Positions 11,901 through 24,088 of a DNA stretch of 64,000 bases are shown here, one piece after another (position 1 is the stretch's first letter; every line of letters starts with the position of its first letter). The notes under the pieces were generated by a model. It saw only the letters and a program-made list of their open reading frames with translations. It was not told the DNA's origin and ran no database searches. Made by a program: the position numbers and the translations under genes. Origin of the DNA: Azolla caroliniana (Eukaryota; Plantae; Polypodiophyta); NCBI GenBank assembly GCA_043228905.1, contig JBHGNT010000018.1, positions 15,872,001-15,936,000 of the forward strand. Reading direction: 5' to 3'.

Positions 11901-13991
11901 GAAGTAAACGAAGACAAGGAGCCTATATGTGTTGGGACTCAAGCTGAGGGGGAGCTAAAGGTGTATACAAGAAGAGGAGGCAGAAAGACAGAAATGTGAA
12001 CATGTCTTCAGCACCACATGTGCCATCAAGTTCCATGTCCCGACCTGCCTCGACTTCTGAAATACCTACAAAACTCCCGAACCTAGAAATCACAGGTGAT
12101 ATGATTTCCTCTCCTTCTCCTATCAAGATTAGGAGGACCTCTCGTAGTAATGCAAGGGTCCCTCCTGATCGTTATGGTTTTCCTCATGATATTGCTCAGT
12201 TTATCTCTTATTCTAACATATCAACTACACATAGAGCATTCATTGCATCATTAGACTCTGTCACTTTACCCAAGTGTTGGCAGGTTGCTAAAGAAGATCC
12301 AAAATGGAAAGCAGCCATGCAAGAAGAACTCGGAGCTCTTGAGAAGAACAAAACTTGGGAGATTGTGTCACTACCACCAGGAAAGAAGGAGGTTGGGTGG
12401 TTACAATAAAACAGACCCCAGAGGGAAAAATAGATCGATACAAGGCACGATTGGTGGCTAAAGGATATAGTCAGACATATGGCATTGACTATGATGAGAC
12501 TTTTGCACCTGTGGCGAAGATGAGCACTGTTAGAACACTTATTTCCTTAGCATTGAATAAGGATTGGAAATTACATCAATTAGATGTAAAAAATGCATTC
12601 CTTCATGGAGAGTTGATGGAGGAAGTGTACATGGATGTTCCCCCAGGTTTCGGTACAATTCAAACAATAGGTAAGGTTTGCAAACTTAGGAAGTCGCTTT
12701 ATGGACTGAAGCAATCTCCTCGAGCCTGGTTCGACAGGTTAAGAAGGGCTATGGTGGGTATGGGATACCAACAGACAAATGTAGACCATACAGTGTTCTT
12801 TCGACAACACAAGGAGCATACTACATTGCTTGTTGTGTATGTGGATGATATAATTATCACGGGTAACGATGAAGGAGAAATTGCCCAACTGAAGATACAA
12901 TTGGGTAAAGAGTTTGAGGTGAAGGATCTAGGATTGCTACGATACTTTCTTGGAATTGAGGTAGCTCATAGAGCAGAAGGAGTTGTTCTATCTCAGCGGA
13001 AATATGTACTAGATCTTCTCAAAGAAACTGGAATGTTGGGTTGTAGCCCTGTAGCTTCTCCAATCGACCAAAAGATCAAGCTAACTGAACTTGCAAGAGA
13101 GAAATTTGATCGTGAAAGGTATCAAAGATTGGTAGGTCGGCTGATTTATTTGACCTACACCCGTCCAGATATCTCATTTGTAGTAAGTGTGGTAAGTCGC
13201 TATATGCATGATCCGAGGAAAGATCATATGGATGTAGTGTACCATATTCTGAGATATCTCAAAGGTGCCCCGGGGAAGGGATTAATCTTCAGAAAACATG
13301 GCCATTTTAACATTGAGGGCTATTGTGATTCTGATTGGGCCAGTTGTGCTAATGACAGGAAATCCACATCAGGATAGTGCATGTTTGTTGGAGGCAATCT
13401 GGTCTCTTGGAAGAGTAGGAAACAATCAGTAGTAGCAAGGTCAACAGCCGAAGCAGAGTATAGAGCTATTGCTATAGGAGTTGCAGAGATGTTATGGCTG
13501 CGAACTCTCCTAGTAGAACTAAAGGTGAATCAATAAAATCAGATGATGTTGTGGTGTGACAATAAGTTAGCAATCAGCATTGCCAACAATCTGGTACATC
13601 ACGATAGGACCAAACACATCGAAATCAACAGGTTCTTTATCAAGGAAAATCTTGATAATGGAATATTAAAATTGATTCATGTTTCTACTGAACATCAAGT
13701 AGCAAATTGTCTTACAAAGGAACTTGGGCCAGTAAGTCTTACTAGATTGTGTGACAAGATGGGCTTAGTGGATATTTTTCGCCCATCTTGAGGGGGAGTG
13801 TTGAGAATGTTTAAAAGTTATAACGGCTAGCCCAACGGCTAGTTAGTTTCAACAGCTAGTTAGCCCAACGGCCAGATCTTGGCCTTTATAAAGAGGGACT
13901 TTCTCCTCACGTAAATAGAAGAGATCTCTGTATTTTTCTCCCTCCTACCAATGTATATTACTGAACAAATGTGCTTTCTCATATTTCTTTA
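8929..13991 (+). mobile_element. Full-length Ale/Retrofit-like Ty1/copia element with 193-bp LTRs, TSD CTTAG
   Basis: LTRs 8929-9121 and 13799-13991. PBS TGGTATCAGAGC at 9122-9133. PPT TTGAGGGGGAG at 13788-13798. CTTAG at 8924-8928 and 13992-13996. Host RT (KGKRAL|RNKW) is continuous across the insertion. Confidence 0.95.
9520..13791 (+). pseudogene. pol: gag-pol of the Ale-like element (CCHC, PR, IN, RT, RH) with several stops and frameshifts
   Basis: CYNCGEAGHFKIAC, WIIDSGAS, LRSDNGTEY, EQNGVAKRKNR, VYVDDIII, YCDSDWA, HDRTKHIE. Confidence 0.92.
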
Positions 13992-15930
13992 CTTAGGAAT
14001 AAATGGGTCTACAAGGTGAAGGCTAGAGAAGTCGACAACACACCCAAGTACAAAGCCCGCATTGTGGTTAAGGGGTTTCCATAGAAAAAGCATGTCGACT
14101 TCGACGAAATATTCACACCAGTCGTGAAGATGACATCAATTCGAATTGTCCTGAGCATAGCTGCGATATGGACCTGGAGATCGAACAGTTGGATGTCAAG
14201 ATAACATTCTTGCACGGGGAGTTGCGTGAAGAGATCTACATGCAGTAGTTTGGAGGCTTTGTGGAGAAAGGGAAAGAGAACCTGGTGTATCGACTGAAGA
14301 AAAGCTTGTATGGGTTGAAACAAGGTCCACACCAATGGTACAAGAAGTTTGAGTCTTTTAGGGTGGAACATAGGTTCTAGAAAACACAGGTTGATCATTG
14401 TGTGCTCGTCAAAAGGTATGATGAAGGTGACTTCTTAATTCTCTTGTTATATGTGGATGACATGTTGATAGTTGGACAAGACACAAAGAAGATTGTGAGC
14501 TTGAAGAAAGCACTAGGCAAGTCGTTTGTCATGAAAGATCTTGGACCGGCAAAGTAGATCTTAGGGATGCACATAGTTCGAGATAGAATGAATAAAGTGT
14601 TCTGGTTGTCACAAGAGAAATACGTGACGAAGATCCTAGAGAGATTCAACATGTTAGAGGAAAATCCAATCGTCTCTGTGTTGCCGACCAACCGCAAGCT
14701 AAATGCCAAGCAATGCCCGAGAGGAGAGAAAGAAAAGGCTGAGATGAAGAAAGTACCGTATGCCTCACCCATTGGTAGTTTAATGTATGTTATGGTATAT
14801 ATGAGACCATATATAGCATTTGTTGTTGGGGTAGTAAGCCGATATATGAGCAATCTAGGCAGAGAACATTGGGCAGTAGTAAAATGGATACTTAGGTACT
14901 TAAAACGCACCTTGGGTGTGTGCCTTAGGTATGGTGTCGGAAAATCCATGCTCGAAGGGTTTACTGACTGGGACATGTCGGGGGATGTAGACTCAAGTCG
15001 ATCCACTTCAAGGTACGTGATGACCTATGCAGGGGAGCAATGTCGTTGAAGTCACGAGTGCAAAAGTTTGTGGCCTTATTGACCACATAGGCAGAGTACA
15101 TGATAGCGATAGAGGCCGGTAGAGAGCTAATATGGATGAGAAATTTTCTCAGCGAGTTGGGGATGAAGCGAAGGGATTTGTTGCTTCATTGTGACATCTA
15201 GAGTGCCATACATCTAGCCAAGAGTGTTGCGTATCAATCCCAGACCAAACATATACAGAGGAGGTATCACCGGTTGTGGGAGAAGGTGGAAGAAGAAGAG
15301 TTTACCCATGTGAAGATCCATACTGACGACAATGGATCTGACATGCCAACAAAGAACCTACTGATGGACAGACTCAGAGTCTGTCGACAAGAGGACAAGA
15401 TTGACCAACTCCAGCCAAAGTAGTGAAGGGGGAGTTTGTTAGGAATATGCCCCTCCTATGGAACGAGACGACTGATCAGGTTAAGAGTCGACAGTCGAAG
15501 ATAAAGGGGAGTCGACAATATACAAAGTGATCCAGGTCGATGATACAACCGAGTAGTCGGGCCGACCAGATGGTCGAAGATAAGGCCGGCCAGTCAGGCT
15601 AACTAGATAGTCGACACAGGAGTCGGCTAGTCGAATCGACTAGTCGACTTGTCGGCTTATTAACTATTATCGTTATAATAGGAATGACAGTAGCAATGGC
15701 TACATTTGTAAATAGCTTGTTCAGTGTATACGTATAAATACACTTAGGGCAAACAAAGTTGTATATATAGAGAGAGAGAGTATAGAGCATAATAGTTGTT
15801 AGCCTCTGTTGTTAGAGTGCGATAGAGCAGTGAACAACACCATAATTGTGTGAGCTTAGAAGTCAACACCTCTGCGAGGTTGTTACACTCTTCTAAGAGA
15901 GAGAGTGTGTGTTATAATCTTGTTGTCTTG

Positions 15931-17176
15931 TGATGGGAATATGTCCCTCCAGTGGGAGGAGCTGACTGCTTGGGCCAAGAAGTGCCGACAGTCGAAGACA
16001 AGGAGGAGCCAGCTGTTCGGGCTGAGTGCGGATGGTTGAAGAGGTCGACTGCGAGAAAGTCGACTAGGTGAGTCGACAGGAAGGAGATCCAGATCGAAGA
16101 CACGACCGACTAGTCGGACCGACTAGACAATCGACACTAAAGTCACTGATGGCTACTAATTATTATAGATAATAATAGTAGTGATGTGTTGTAGGGGCTA
16201 CATTTGTAAATAGCACATTCAGTATATAAGTATAAATACAGTTAGGGCAATTTAGAGTGTGTGGGAGTAGAACAGAATAGTGGTTGTAGTGCAAGTGTGA
16301 GAGTGAGAAAGAGAACAACGCCATAGCTAAGTGAGCTTGAATGTCAAGAGCCCTGTGCAACTGATACACTCGATTTCAGAGTGTTGTGATCTCACCTTGT
16401 ACTTCTCTCTATATAGTGGAATCTCTCTTGCCATGGTTTTTCCCATGTAGCATTTCCACGTAAATCACTGTGTACTGTACATTTGTTGTTCCATGTGCGT
16501 TGTGTATTTTGAGTTAGTCTTTCTCACAAATCTGAGGTTTGATCCTCAATAAGTGGTATCAGAGCTGGAGGTGCAAGGCTAGAAGTAGGTGTGAGCAGCT
16601 TCCCAGGTATGATAGTTCTAAACTCACAAAACTATGAAGACTAGAAGATAAAGATGGAGGACCTTATCATAGTAGAAGACCTGTTCAAGCCGATCGACAG
16701 AGCAGAAAAAACCCACGGGGGTATTAGAGTCGGAATAAAAACTTCTTAACAGAAAGGCGGTGGTCACCATTCGACAGTGCGTCGATGTGAGTGTACTTCA
16801 GCATGTGGTGAATGACACGAATGCTCACAAGATTTGGCAGAAGCTATCAAGTCTATATGAGAGGAAGAACGCCCTCAATAAAACCTCATTGATGAGAAAG
16901 ATCGTACAGTTGAAATACAGAGACGGTGAGAGCCTCGTCGAACACATCAGCACATTCATGGGGTATGTAAATCAACTTGCTCCAACCAAGTTTCCCCTTG
17001 ATGATGGGTTGATGATGTGATGTAGGCCATCCTACTGATGTGCACACTGCCGGATAACTGGGAGAACCTGGTGGTTACTCTCAACACCTCGTGTCAAGAA
17101 GAGAACTTGTCTTTACAAGTGGTGAAGACAAGCATCCTGTATGAGCAAGAGAGAAGGAAGGACAGGGGTTTCCTCT
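15931..17176 (+). mobile_element. 5' end of copia family A element A3 (LTR 15931-16551, PBS, gag start), inserted in the A1 3' LTR
   Basis: TG start at 15931 interrupts the A1 LTR. TGGTATCAGAGC at 16554-16565. gag homologous to 6905-7339. Confidence 0.85.
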
Positions 17177-17398
17177 TGTTGGGAATTCGGTCCCTTAGGA
17201 TGGGATCCGGATGAGAACCTGAGGAGTCGGATCGCATGATGCCGAAGGAAGGAACCAAACTGAATGGATCCGGTGTGAACAAGATCCAGGGACATATCTG
17301 TAAATATGCTTCTAGTGTGCCTATCATGGCCATATTTGTAAATAGTCCTAAATTCATATAAGTATAAATATGACTTAGGGCAATCACATTATTATAAT
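17177..17398 (+). repeat. U3 fragment of a family D-like copia LTR inserted in A3 gag
   Basis: TGTTGGGAATTCGGTCCC start and ATTTGTAAATAG..TATAAATATGACTTAGGGCAA core, both similar to LTR 38733-39338. Confidence 0.75.
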
Positions 17399-18035
17399 TG
17401 TTGAGAGACAAGCTCAACATTGGGTGCATAACCCAATGCGTAGACTGGGTGCGTAAAACATATGCACAATATGGTCGTAGCGGTGTGTAAACTGAGAGGC
17501 CGTTGGAATGTTATTCCTCGTAAGGAATAATTTTGTGAGTAAGCGTAGGATGCTCATTATGAGCGGTCAAGTACTGTAAGTACTTGTGTTAGCCCAATAG
17601 TCAGGGCTTGTATAAAAGGTGCTCATTGAGCACGAAGTGTATATAGAGTGTTATCTTTTCTCGTATAGAATTGTCTTTCTGCTCTCTCTGTGTCTCCCTC
17701 TCCTTCTCTGTGATTTCTGCATTTTACCCAACTGTCGTAATTCCGAACCATGTACTCTGTGTCTTACGCGTATGCTTCCGCACACGTATTCTTTGACATG
17801 GTATCAGAGCGCGAGGGTTGAGACTCCTCTACAACCGACAGAAAAGGTTGCGATAAAGATATAGTTAAGTTATTGCTTTCGGAAAGGATAAGACAGCAAT
17901 ATGGACAGAGGAATGGGAAGCTCGCTACCGACTAAGAAGCTCGACAGGAGCAACTACGCATCTTGGTCGTACAAGAAGCTCGCTACCTGCTTGGTCATGG
18001 TTACTGGAGTTATGTTGAAGGAGCTAATGATACAA
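17399..18035 (+). mobile_element. 5' end of a copia family E element (LTR 17399-17798, Met-PBS, gag start)
   Basis: TGTTG..TGACA ends. TGGTATCAGAGC at 17799-17810. MDRGMGSSLPTKKLDRSNYASWSYK is homologous to 39565-39810. Confidence 0.85.
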
Positions 18036-19018
18036 TGTCAGGGTCAAAGTTAGGAACGAGTTTTAAAATGAAGAAGAGAATGAGACGCGAAAGATATGAG
18101 AGAGATAAGAAGAATTTGATAATGTATTAACAATGAGAGAAATGTTTACAAGAATATGCCGAAGACTGGCATTGAACCAGAATGGTTCATCAATAGTCAA
18201 ATACATGTTTATATAGCATGGTTTGGATACATGCATGCTCGCCACCTCCTAGGCACGCATGATCGCCACTTGGCATTCATGCAAGCATGCCCCTTGGCAA
18301 TCATGCATTAGCCTATGCAAGGTGGCGACATTTCAATAATGTTATTATATGTATTTCCTATTGATATAATAGAATTTATTATTTAATATATATAATATGA
18401 TGTATCCTGATGGATGGGGTTGTATGCTTTCTTTGAGAAGATCATGGGTTCGAATCACCATAAACCTTATTGGGTTTTGTATACACATGACACCATCCCT
18501 CTCCTTTGATGACGAGTTCCACGAGTCGTAATGCATGAATTCGGACTTGGCTTATCTGGATATTGGCGATGAAATTCAGCCACCAAGTTAGAGGCATTAT
18601 CAAGGTTCTCAACTGGCTCCAAGTACGATCATTTGGTGTATATCCTAACCAATCCACGAGATAATAAAGCTTTTTACATATTATCTTGGAGTCCAAAATA
18701 GCTTTGATTTCAAAATTTGGGCCATCAACAAGTTGAACTGGAGGTGGGGGTAGAACAACCCGATTTGGAATGGAACTACCAATGTAGGGTTCCAACAATG
18801 AGACATGAAATACCAGATGTAGATGCATTTGTGGAGGTAGATCAAGGCGGAATGCAACATCATTAATCTGATTGGAGATAATAAATGGACCAAGTCGTTG
18901 ATAATCGAGCTTGTCACAAGGTCTAGTAGTCTTCACATTACGTCGTATTAATCATACACAATCCCCAATTTGAAACTTCGGTTCCTTTGGTGAAGAGTCG
19001 AGACGGTGACGATTTGCG
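18036..19018 (-). mobile_element. 3' end of chromovirus CV1 (integrase C-terminus, chromodomain, PPT, 3' LTR 18036-18492)
   Basis: ORF 18442-18936: KLDYQRLGPF, VFHVSLLEPY, FEIKAILDSK..YLVDWLGY..TW. PPT AAAGGAGAGGGATGG. LTR with TGTCA/TGACA ends. Confidence 0.92.
18396..18478 (+). promoter_or_regulatory. tRNA-like Pol III type-2 cassette in CV1 LTR U3, antisense to the element
   Basis: A-box-like TATCCTGATGG at 18403 and B-box GGTTCGAATC at 18447 (44 nt apart). TTTT at 18475-18478. AT-rich sequence upstream. Confidence 0.55.
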
Positions 19019-20364
19019 GCACACAATAGGAGGATGGCCTGCATTGCATCTTCAAGGGGAACATAGTTGTTGCAAGCTGATTCACATACCCCATGAATGT
19101 GCTGATGTGTTCAACTACGCTTTCCCTGTCCCTGTATTTTAGCCTCATGGTCTTCTCATCAAGGATGTTTTGTTAAGGGCATTCTTCCTCTCATATAAGT
19201 GACAGCTTCTGCCCCATCTCATAGGCATTTGTGTTGTTCGACACATGTTGGAGGACACTTATATTGATGCATTGTTGGATGGTGGCAACAGCCTTTCTGT
19301 TAAGAAGTTTCCATTCCGACTATAATACCCCTGTGGGTATTTCTACTCTGTCGATTGGCTCGTACAAGTCTTCTTCCTCTCATATAAGCGACATCTTCTA
19401 CTACATCTCGTAGGCATTTGTGTCATTCGACACATGTTGGAGGACACTTACAGTGACGCATTGTCGGATGGTGGCAATAGCCTTTCTGTTAAGAAGTTTC
19501 CATTCCGACTCTAACACCCCCGTGGGTATTTCTGCTTTGTCGATTTGCTTGTACAGGACTTTGTCTATGAGAAGGTTATCCATCTTTATCTTCCAGTCGC
19601 ATAGTTCTGAGAGTTTAGAACTATAATGCCTGGGAAGCCGCTCACACCTCCTTCCATCTTCAACCAAGCTCTGATACCAGTTGGGATTCGTTCATTTCCG
19701 ATTCTGAGAAAGACCGACTGTGTAATTGACAATATCGTGGAAAAACAGAAACACACCAAATACACAAAATACACAATTTTACGTGGAAACCCTAAATGGG
19801 GAAAAACCACAGGAGAACAAATCTTCACTATACAATAGATATACAAGACAACGAGGTTACAACACTCTCTCTCGAAAGAGTGTAACAACATCACAGGTCT
19901 CTTCACGTCTAAGCTCATACAACTATGGCATCGTTCACTCTCGCTCCTACACACTCTCTTCTCTGTCACACTCTAGCAACAGGGGCTAACAACTATTATG
20001 TTCTATGCTCTCTCTCTTTCTCTATACAACTTTGTTTGCCCTAAGTGTATTTATAATTATACATTGAATGGGCTATTTACAAATGTAGTCACTGCTATTG
20101 TTATTCCTATTATAACGATAATAGTTAATCAACCGACTGGTCAACAAGTCAATTTGACTAGCCGACCCCTATGTCGATTGTCTCGTCGGCCTGACTGGTC
20201 GTCCTTATCTTCGACCATCTAGTCGGCCTGAATAGACGGTCATGTCTTCGACCTGGATCACTTTGTATATTGTCAACTCTCCATGTCGACTCCCCTTTGT
20301 CTTCAAATGTCGCTTCTCGGCCTGACTAGTCATCTCCTCACATAGCAGGGACATATCCCTAATA
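19019..20364 (-). mobile_element. 5' LTR (~19680-20364), Met-PBS and gag 5' half of a copia family A element, probably the missing 5' part of A1
   Basis: GCTCTGATACCA at 19668-19679. LTR is the reverse complement of 15437-15930. gag stops ~20 nt before the point where A1 begins at 3781. Confidence 0.85.
19183..19561. repeat. Tandem duplication of ~189 bp within gag
   Basis: TCTTCCTCTCATATAAG starts at both 19183 and 19372, and the following sequence is duplicated. Confidence 0.85.
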
Positions 20365-21566
20365 GATTTTGATGTCATCAACCTTCCGTGGCCCGGGTTG
20401 CTACTCGGATTTTCCATCTATGCCTCGTGTTGATTAGCCACTTCCCTTTGTTGTAGAAATCTCAAAGATCTGGGGTCGATCAATGCGACGACCAATTCCT
20501 TCACTTCTCCGATCCGGACCGGAGTCTCCATTGTAGCCCTCGCCCAGTGCGGCCGCATGTAGTGACTATCAATATAATCTTCTTCTCTTGCCACTTCGTC
20601 GAGTGTGCCGCTTTTACGTTGACCAATTTCTCATTTTCTAACTCCATCTAGCTTCTGCTTCACCAGGTCGATAATTGTATCGTGGAATTCTTTCTTGGAA
20701 ATGCCCAATACTTCTCACAATGTGAATTCCACCTACTATTGAGGATTCACTCCTCTAAGTCCTTCTGTAGGTTTGCCGACAGTCACTTCTCTATTTCTGA
20801 GCTCAATGGGAAGCTCATAAACTTTCCCTTTGCCTTCTCCTGTGGGTCAGCCAGACCACCATCACCCTTTTTCAACCCGCTTTGGGTCACGCACCTGCCC
20901 GAAGGTCCTGCCCCTCCAGCCTTACCGACCTGCTTGTCTTCAACTAGAACTTTGTAGTTCCAGCACGCAGCTTCCATAAAATTGGTCTTCTCCTCCACTA
21001 GGTCGTTCCACCCGGTGACCTCCTGGACCCGTCTCTCTACGCGGTCCGCCTCTTCCTTACTTAGCTTCTTTCTGGAGAAGCCCTCTAACACCACCAACCA
21101 AAATATGGTGTTGTTTCTTGTCCTGGCGCTCTTACCTACTCCAACCTCGATATCAATCGACGCTGAGTAATGGATGGCCTCTACATGTCACGCCACCACC
21201 TCCTCCATTATCCTCTTCATTCCACCCCGACTGGTGTTCATTTCTAGGGGCCTCCTCATCTCACTGGCATGTACTTGGCCATTCCCGAGATAGACGACAT
21301 TATTCTTCAGCTCCTCGGTGAAGTCGGTGCAGTCCCTTCGAATGTGGTTGATATTGTCGCACCACATGCACCTAAGGCCATTAGGCAGGCGTCGGTCACG
21401 AGATTGACCCCCACCATCCCTCTGGGCCTGAGCAATCTAGAGGTCATGCACCATCTTTGTGAGCTCCTCCAGCGATGCACCTCTTGACGATCCCACGACT
21501 ACATTGGTCGGAACTAGGCCCGACTCGACCCACCTTCTCGCCTCGTCTGACCGAGTCAGCACCTCC
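20365..21566 (-). pseudogene. gag: gag-protease fragment of non-chromovirus Ty3/gypsy element G2 (DUF4100-type gag)
   Basis: Minus-strand translation gives RCMWCDNINHIRRDC (zinc knuckle), VQEVTGWNDLVE and HWARATMETPVRIGEVKELVVALID (protease start). Confidence 0.6.
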
Positions 21567-21719
21567 TATCAGGAATAGTACACCGATTTGGTTCGAAACA
21601 ATGCCTTGTGCCTCCTTTTATTGTGTTCTCCTGAAGTTGCTAGAATGTTCTTGAGAGATCTATAATATACATCAATTTTCTATAGTAAAACTTAAATGAA
21701 AATAATATCCTTCTTATTA

Positions 21720-21790
21720 CAACATATAGTCTAATGGACAAGAGCTCGACCCATGTAACATAAGGTCATGGGTTCAAGTCTTACCATATC
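21720..21790 (+). promoter_or_regulatory. tRNA-like Pol III A/B-box cassette in CV2 3' LTR, antisense to the element
   Basis: TAGTCTAATGG at 21727 and GGTTCAAGTC at 21771 (44-nt spacing). Confidence 0.6.
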
Positions 21791-22030
21791 ATGACACTAT
21801 CTCCCCTTTAAAACGACGAGTGTCAAGAGCCGTTTTGGATTGAGGACCTGGTTTGTCTCGATATTGATGATGGAAGTCTTCAAGAAGAGCACGAGCATTG
21901 GTCACATTCTCTATTGGTTCCCAAGTATGCTCGTTGGGACTATATCCTAGCCAATCAACTAAATAGTAGAGCTTGTTGCGAACAATCTTGGAATCGAGGA
22001 TGGCGGCAACCTTGTACTCAGGTCTATCGT

Positions 22031-22420
22031 CAAGTTCGATTGGGGGTGGAGTTTGTTTAATACGACCTGGGATGGTGCTATCTTGATAGGGTTCGAGGAG
22101 AGAACTATGAAACACCGGATACACTATCTTCAAGTTCGATTGGGGTTGGAGGTTGTTTAATACGACCTGGGATGGTGCTATCTTGATAGGGTTCGAGGAG
22201 AGAACTATGAAACACCGGATACACTATCTTCAAGTTCGATTGGGGGTGGAGGTTGTTTAATACGACCTGGGATGGTGCTATCTTGATAGGGTACGAGGAG
22301 AGAACTATGAAACACCGGATACACTATCTTCAAGTTCGATTGGGGGTGGAGGTTGTTTAATACGACCTGGGATGGTGCTATCTTGATAGGGTTCGAGGAG
22401 AGAACTATGAAACACCGGAT
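22031..22420. repeat. Tandem array of a 100-bp unit, ~3.9 copies, in the integrase-chromodomain linker
   Basis: CAAGTTCGAT starts at 22031, 22131, 22231 and 22331. Confidence 0.95.
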
Positions 22421-23578
22421 GTATCCGAAGTTGTGGAGGTAGATCGAGACGAAAAGCGACATCATTAATTTTTCCGATAATACGGAAAGGACCTAATCAC
22501 CGATAATCCAACTTCTTGCATGGGTGAGTAGTCTTGATGTGTCGTCATAGTAGCCATACCCAATCTCCAATGTTAAAACTGGATGGAAGCCGATGACGAT
22601 CCGCATAAACCTAATGTTTTTGTTGAGCTTGTTGTCGATGAGTAGATAAATCTACTTGTATCTTGCGTAACCACTCCAAACGATCCTCTACGCAAGGATT
22701 TGTGGGTAACTCTGGGGTTTCAAATACACAGCATCGGGGCTGACAGCCCGTATAAGCATAAAATGGTGTAGCCTTTGTCGATGAGTAGACAGTTATTATA
22801 TGCAAATTCGGCGAAGTGGAGAATATCCACCCAATCATCTTGATGATAGCTTAGAAAGCACCGAAGATACTACTGCAATGTTTGATTTGTTCTTTCTGTT
22901 TGCAGGTGGTAGCCGGAGGAGAGGTTACACGTGACCTTGAGCATTTTAAAAAGGTGCTTCCAGAATTTCGAGATGAACTAGGGTCGACAATCACTGATGA
23001 TACTATCAAGAAGGCCATGATGCCAACATACTTCACGCATGCCAGTTTCGGTGGTTTCTTCACTGGAGATTTCCTTAGTACATGGCAGGAAATGGGTCAT
23101 CTTCATATATCGATCTACTACTATTAAGATCGCATCGAATCCCTTAGAGACTAGAAGATTTGTGATGAAATCTAGAGCAATGCATTGCCACGGCTTGCTT
23201 GGAATTGGTAATGGTTCTAATAAACCATATGGATGATGCCTTGGCATTTTTGCTCTGCAACATGTATCACAAGTCCAAACAAAATCTTCAACAAATTGTC
23301 GCATATGGGGCCACCAGAATGATCGTTGTACTAAATCTAATGTTTTAGTTTTATCAAAATGCCCAGATGTATATGTGTCATGATAGGTTTGGACTACTCG
23401 AAGGCGACAAGAACCATTAGAAACATACAAGCGTTTCTTAAAGAATAGTAATCCATCATGACATTCAAATTGTCGATAGTCCGTACCTGGTTGTTGGGAC
23501 TGTGAACAAGATGCTCGAGAGGGATCAATTTGTGCTAGAATGTCTTGGGCGAAAGCATCTGTCTTCAAGTCCTCACAT

Positions 23579-24056
23579 TGTCGTGAAGATTTCCGGCTTC
23601 AGTGTGAAACCGGGGTGGAATAGGGCAAGTTGGTGGTGTGCAACATGTGCACATGAATAGTAGGAAAATAGTGTATAGAATAAAGGGGGAGTATTAGTCC
23701 CACATTGTAACGTCTCTCCCTCCTTGGGCTATAAAAGGAAGGGAGGGGTCCCTTTTGAAGGGGTTGCCCATTTTGAGTCGTAAGGGTATACCATTTTGTA
23801 GAGGGTCATTTTATTAAGAGTTTTTAGGGTTAGTAACTTCTTCTCCTTCTTGGGAAGTTGGGCGCCGCGGCCATGGCGGCAAAGCTTGTTAGGGTTAACT
23901 TCTTTTCTTCTGAGCGTAGCCGGCTCGAAGCCGAGGTTGTATCTTTTCCCTTGTAATATATAAGTACTCGTATCAGTTTGTGCATATTAGTGTATTTGGT
24001 GGTGTCAAGAGCATAGCCCCTGGTTTCCTGTGCATAAAAGTCGGTGTCCCGCGCAT

Positions 24057-24088
<32 letters not shown>

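Larger units (their letters stand above)
3781..15930 (+). mobile_element. Decayed Tnt1/Tork-like Ty1/copia element A1 (gag 3' half, PR, IN, RT, RH, PPT, partial 3' LTR), interrupted by A2 and the Ale-like element
   Basis: Collinear pieces 3781-4890, 7912-8928 and 13992-15436 with WVIDLGAS, LWHKRLG, NGLAERMNRT and LLYVDDM. PPT AGTGAAGGGGGAG at 15422-15434. LTR starts TGTTAGG at 15437. Confidence 0.85.

Noticed and set aside
21720-21790. Functional tRNA gene or independent SINE insertion
   Set aside because: The acceptor and anticodon stems do not pair, and there is no tail or TSD. It occupies the same position in all three chromovirus LTRs, so it is part of the LTR.
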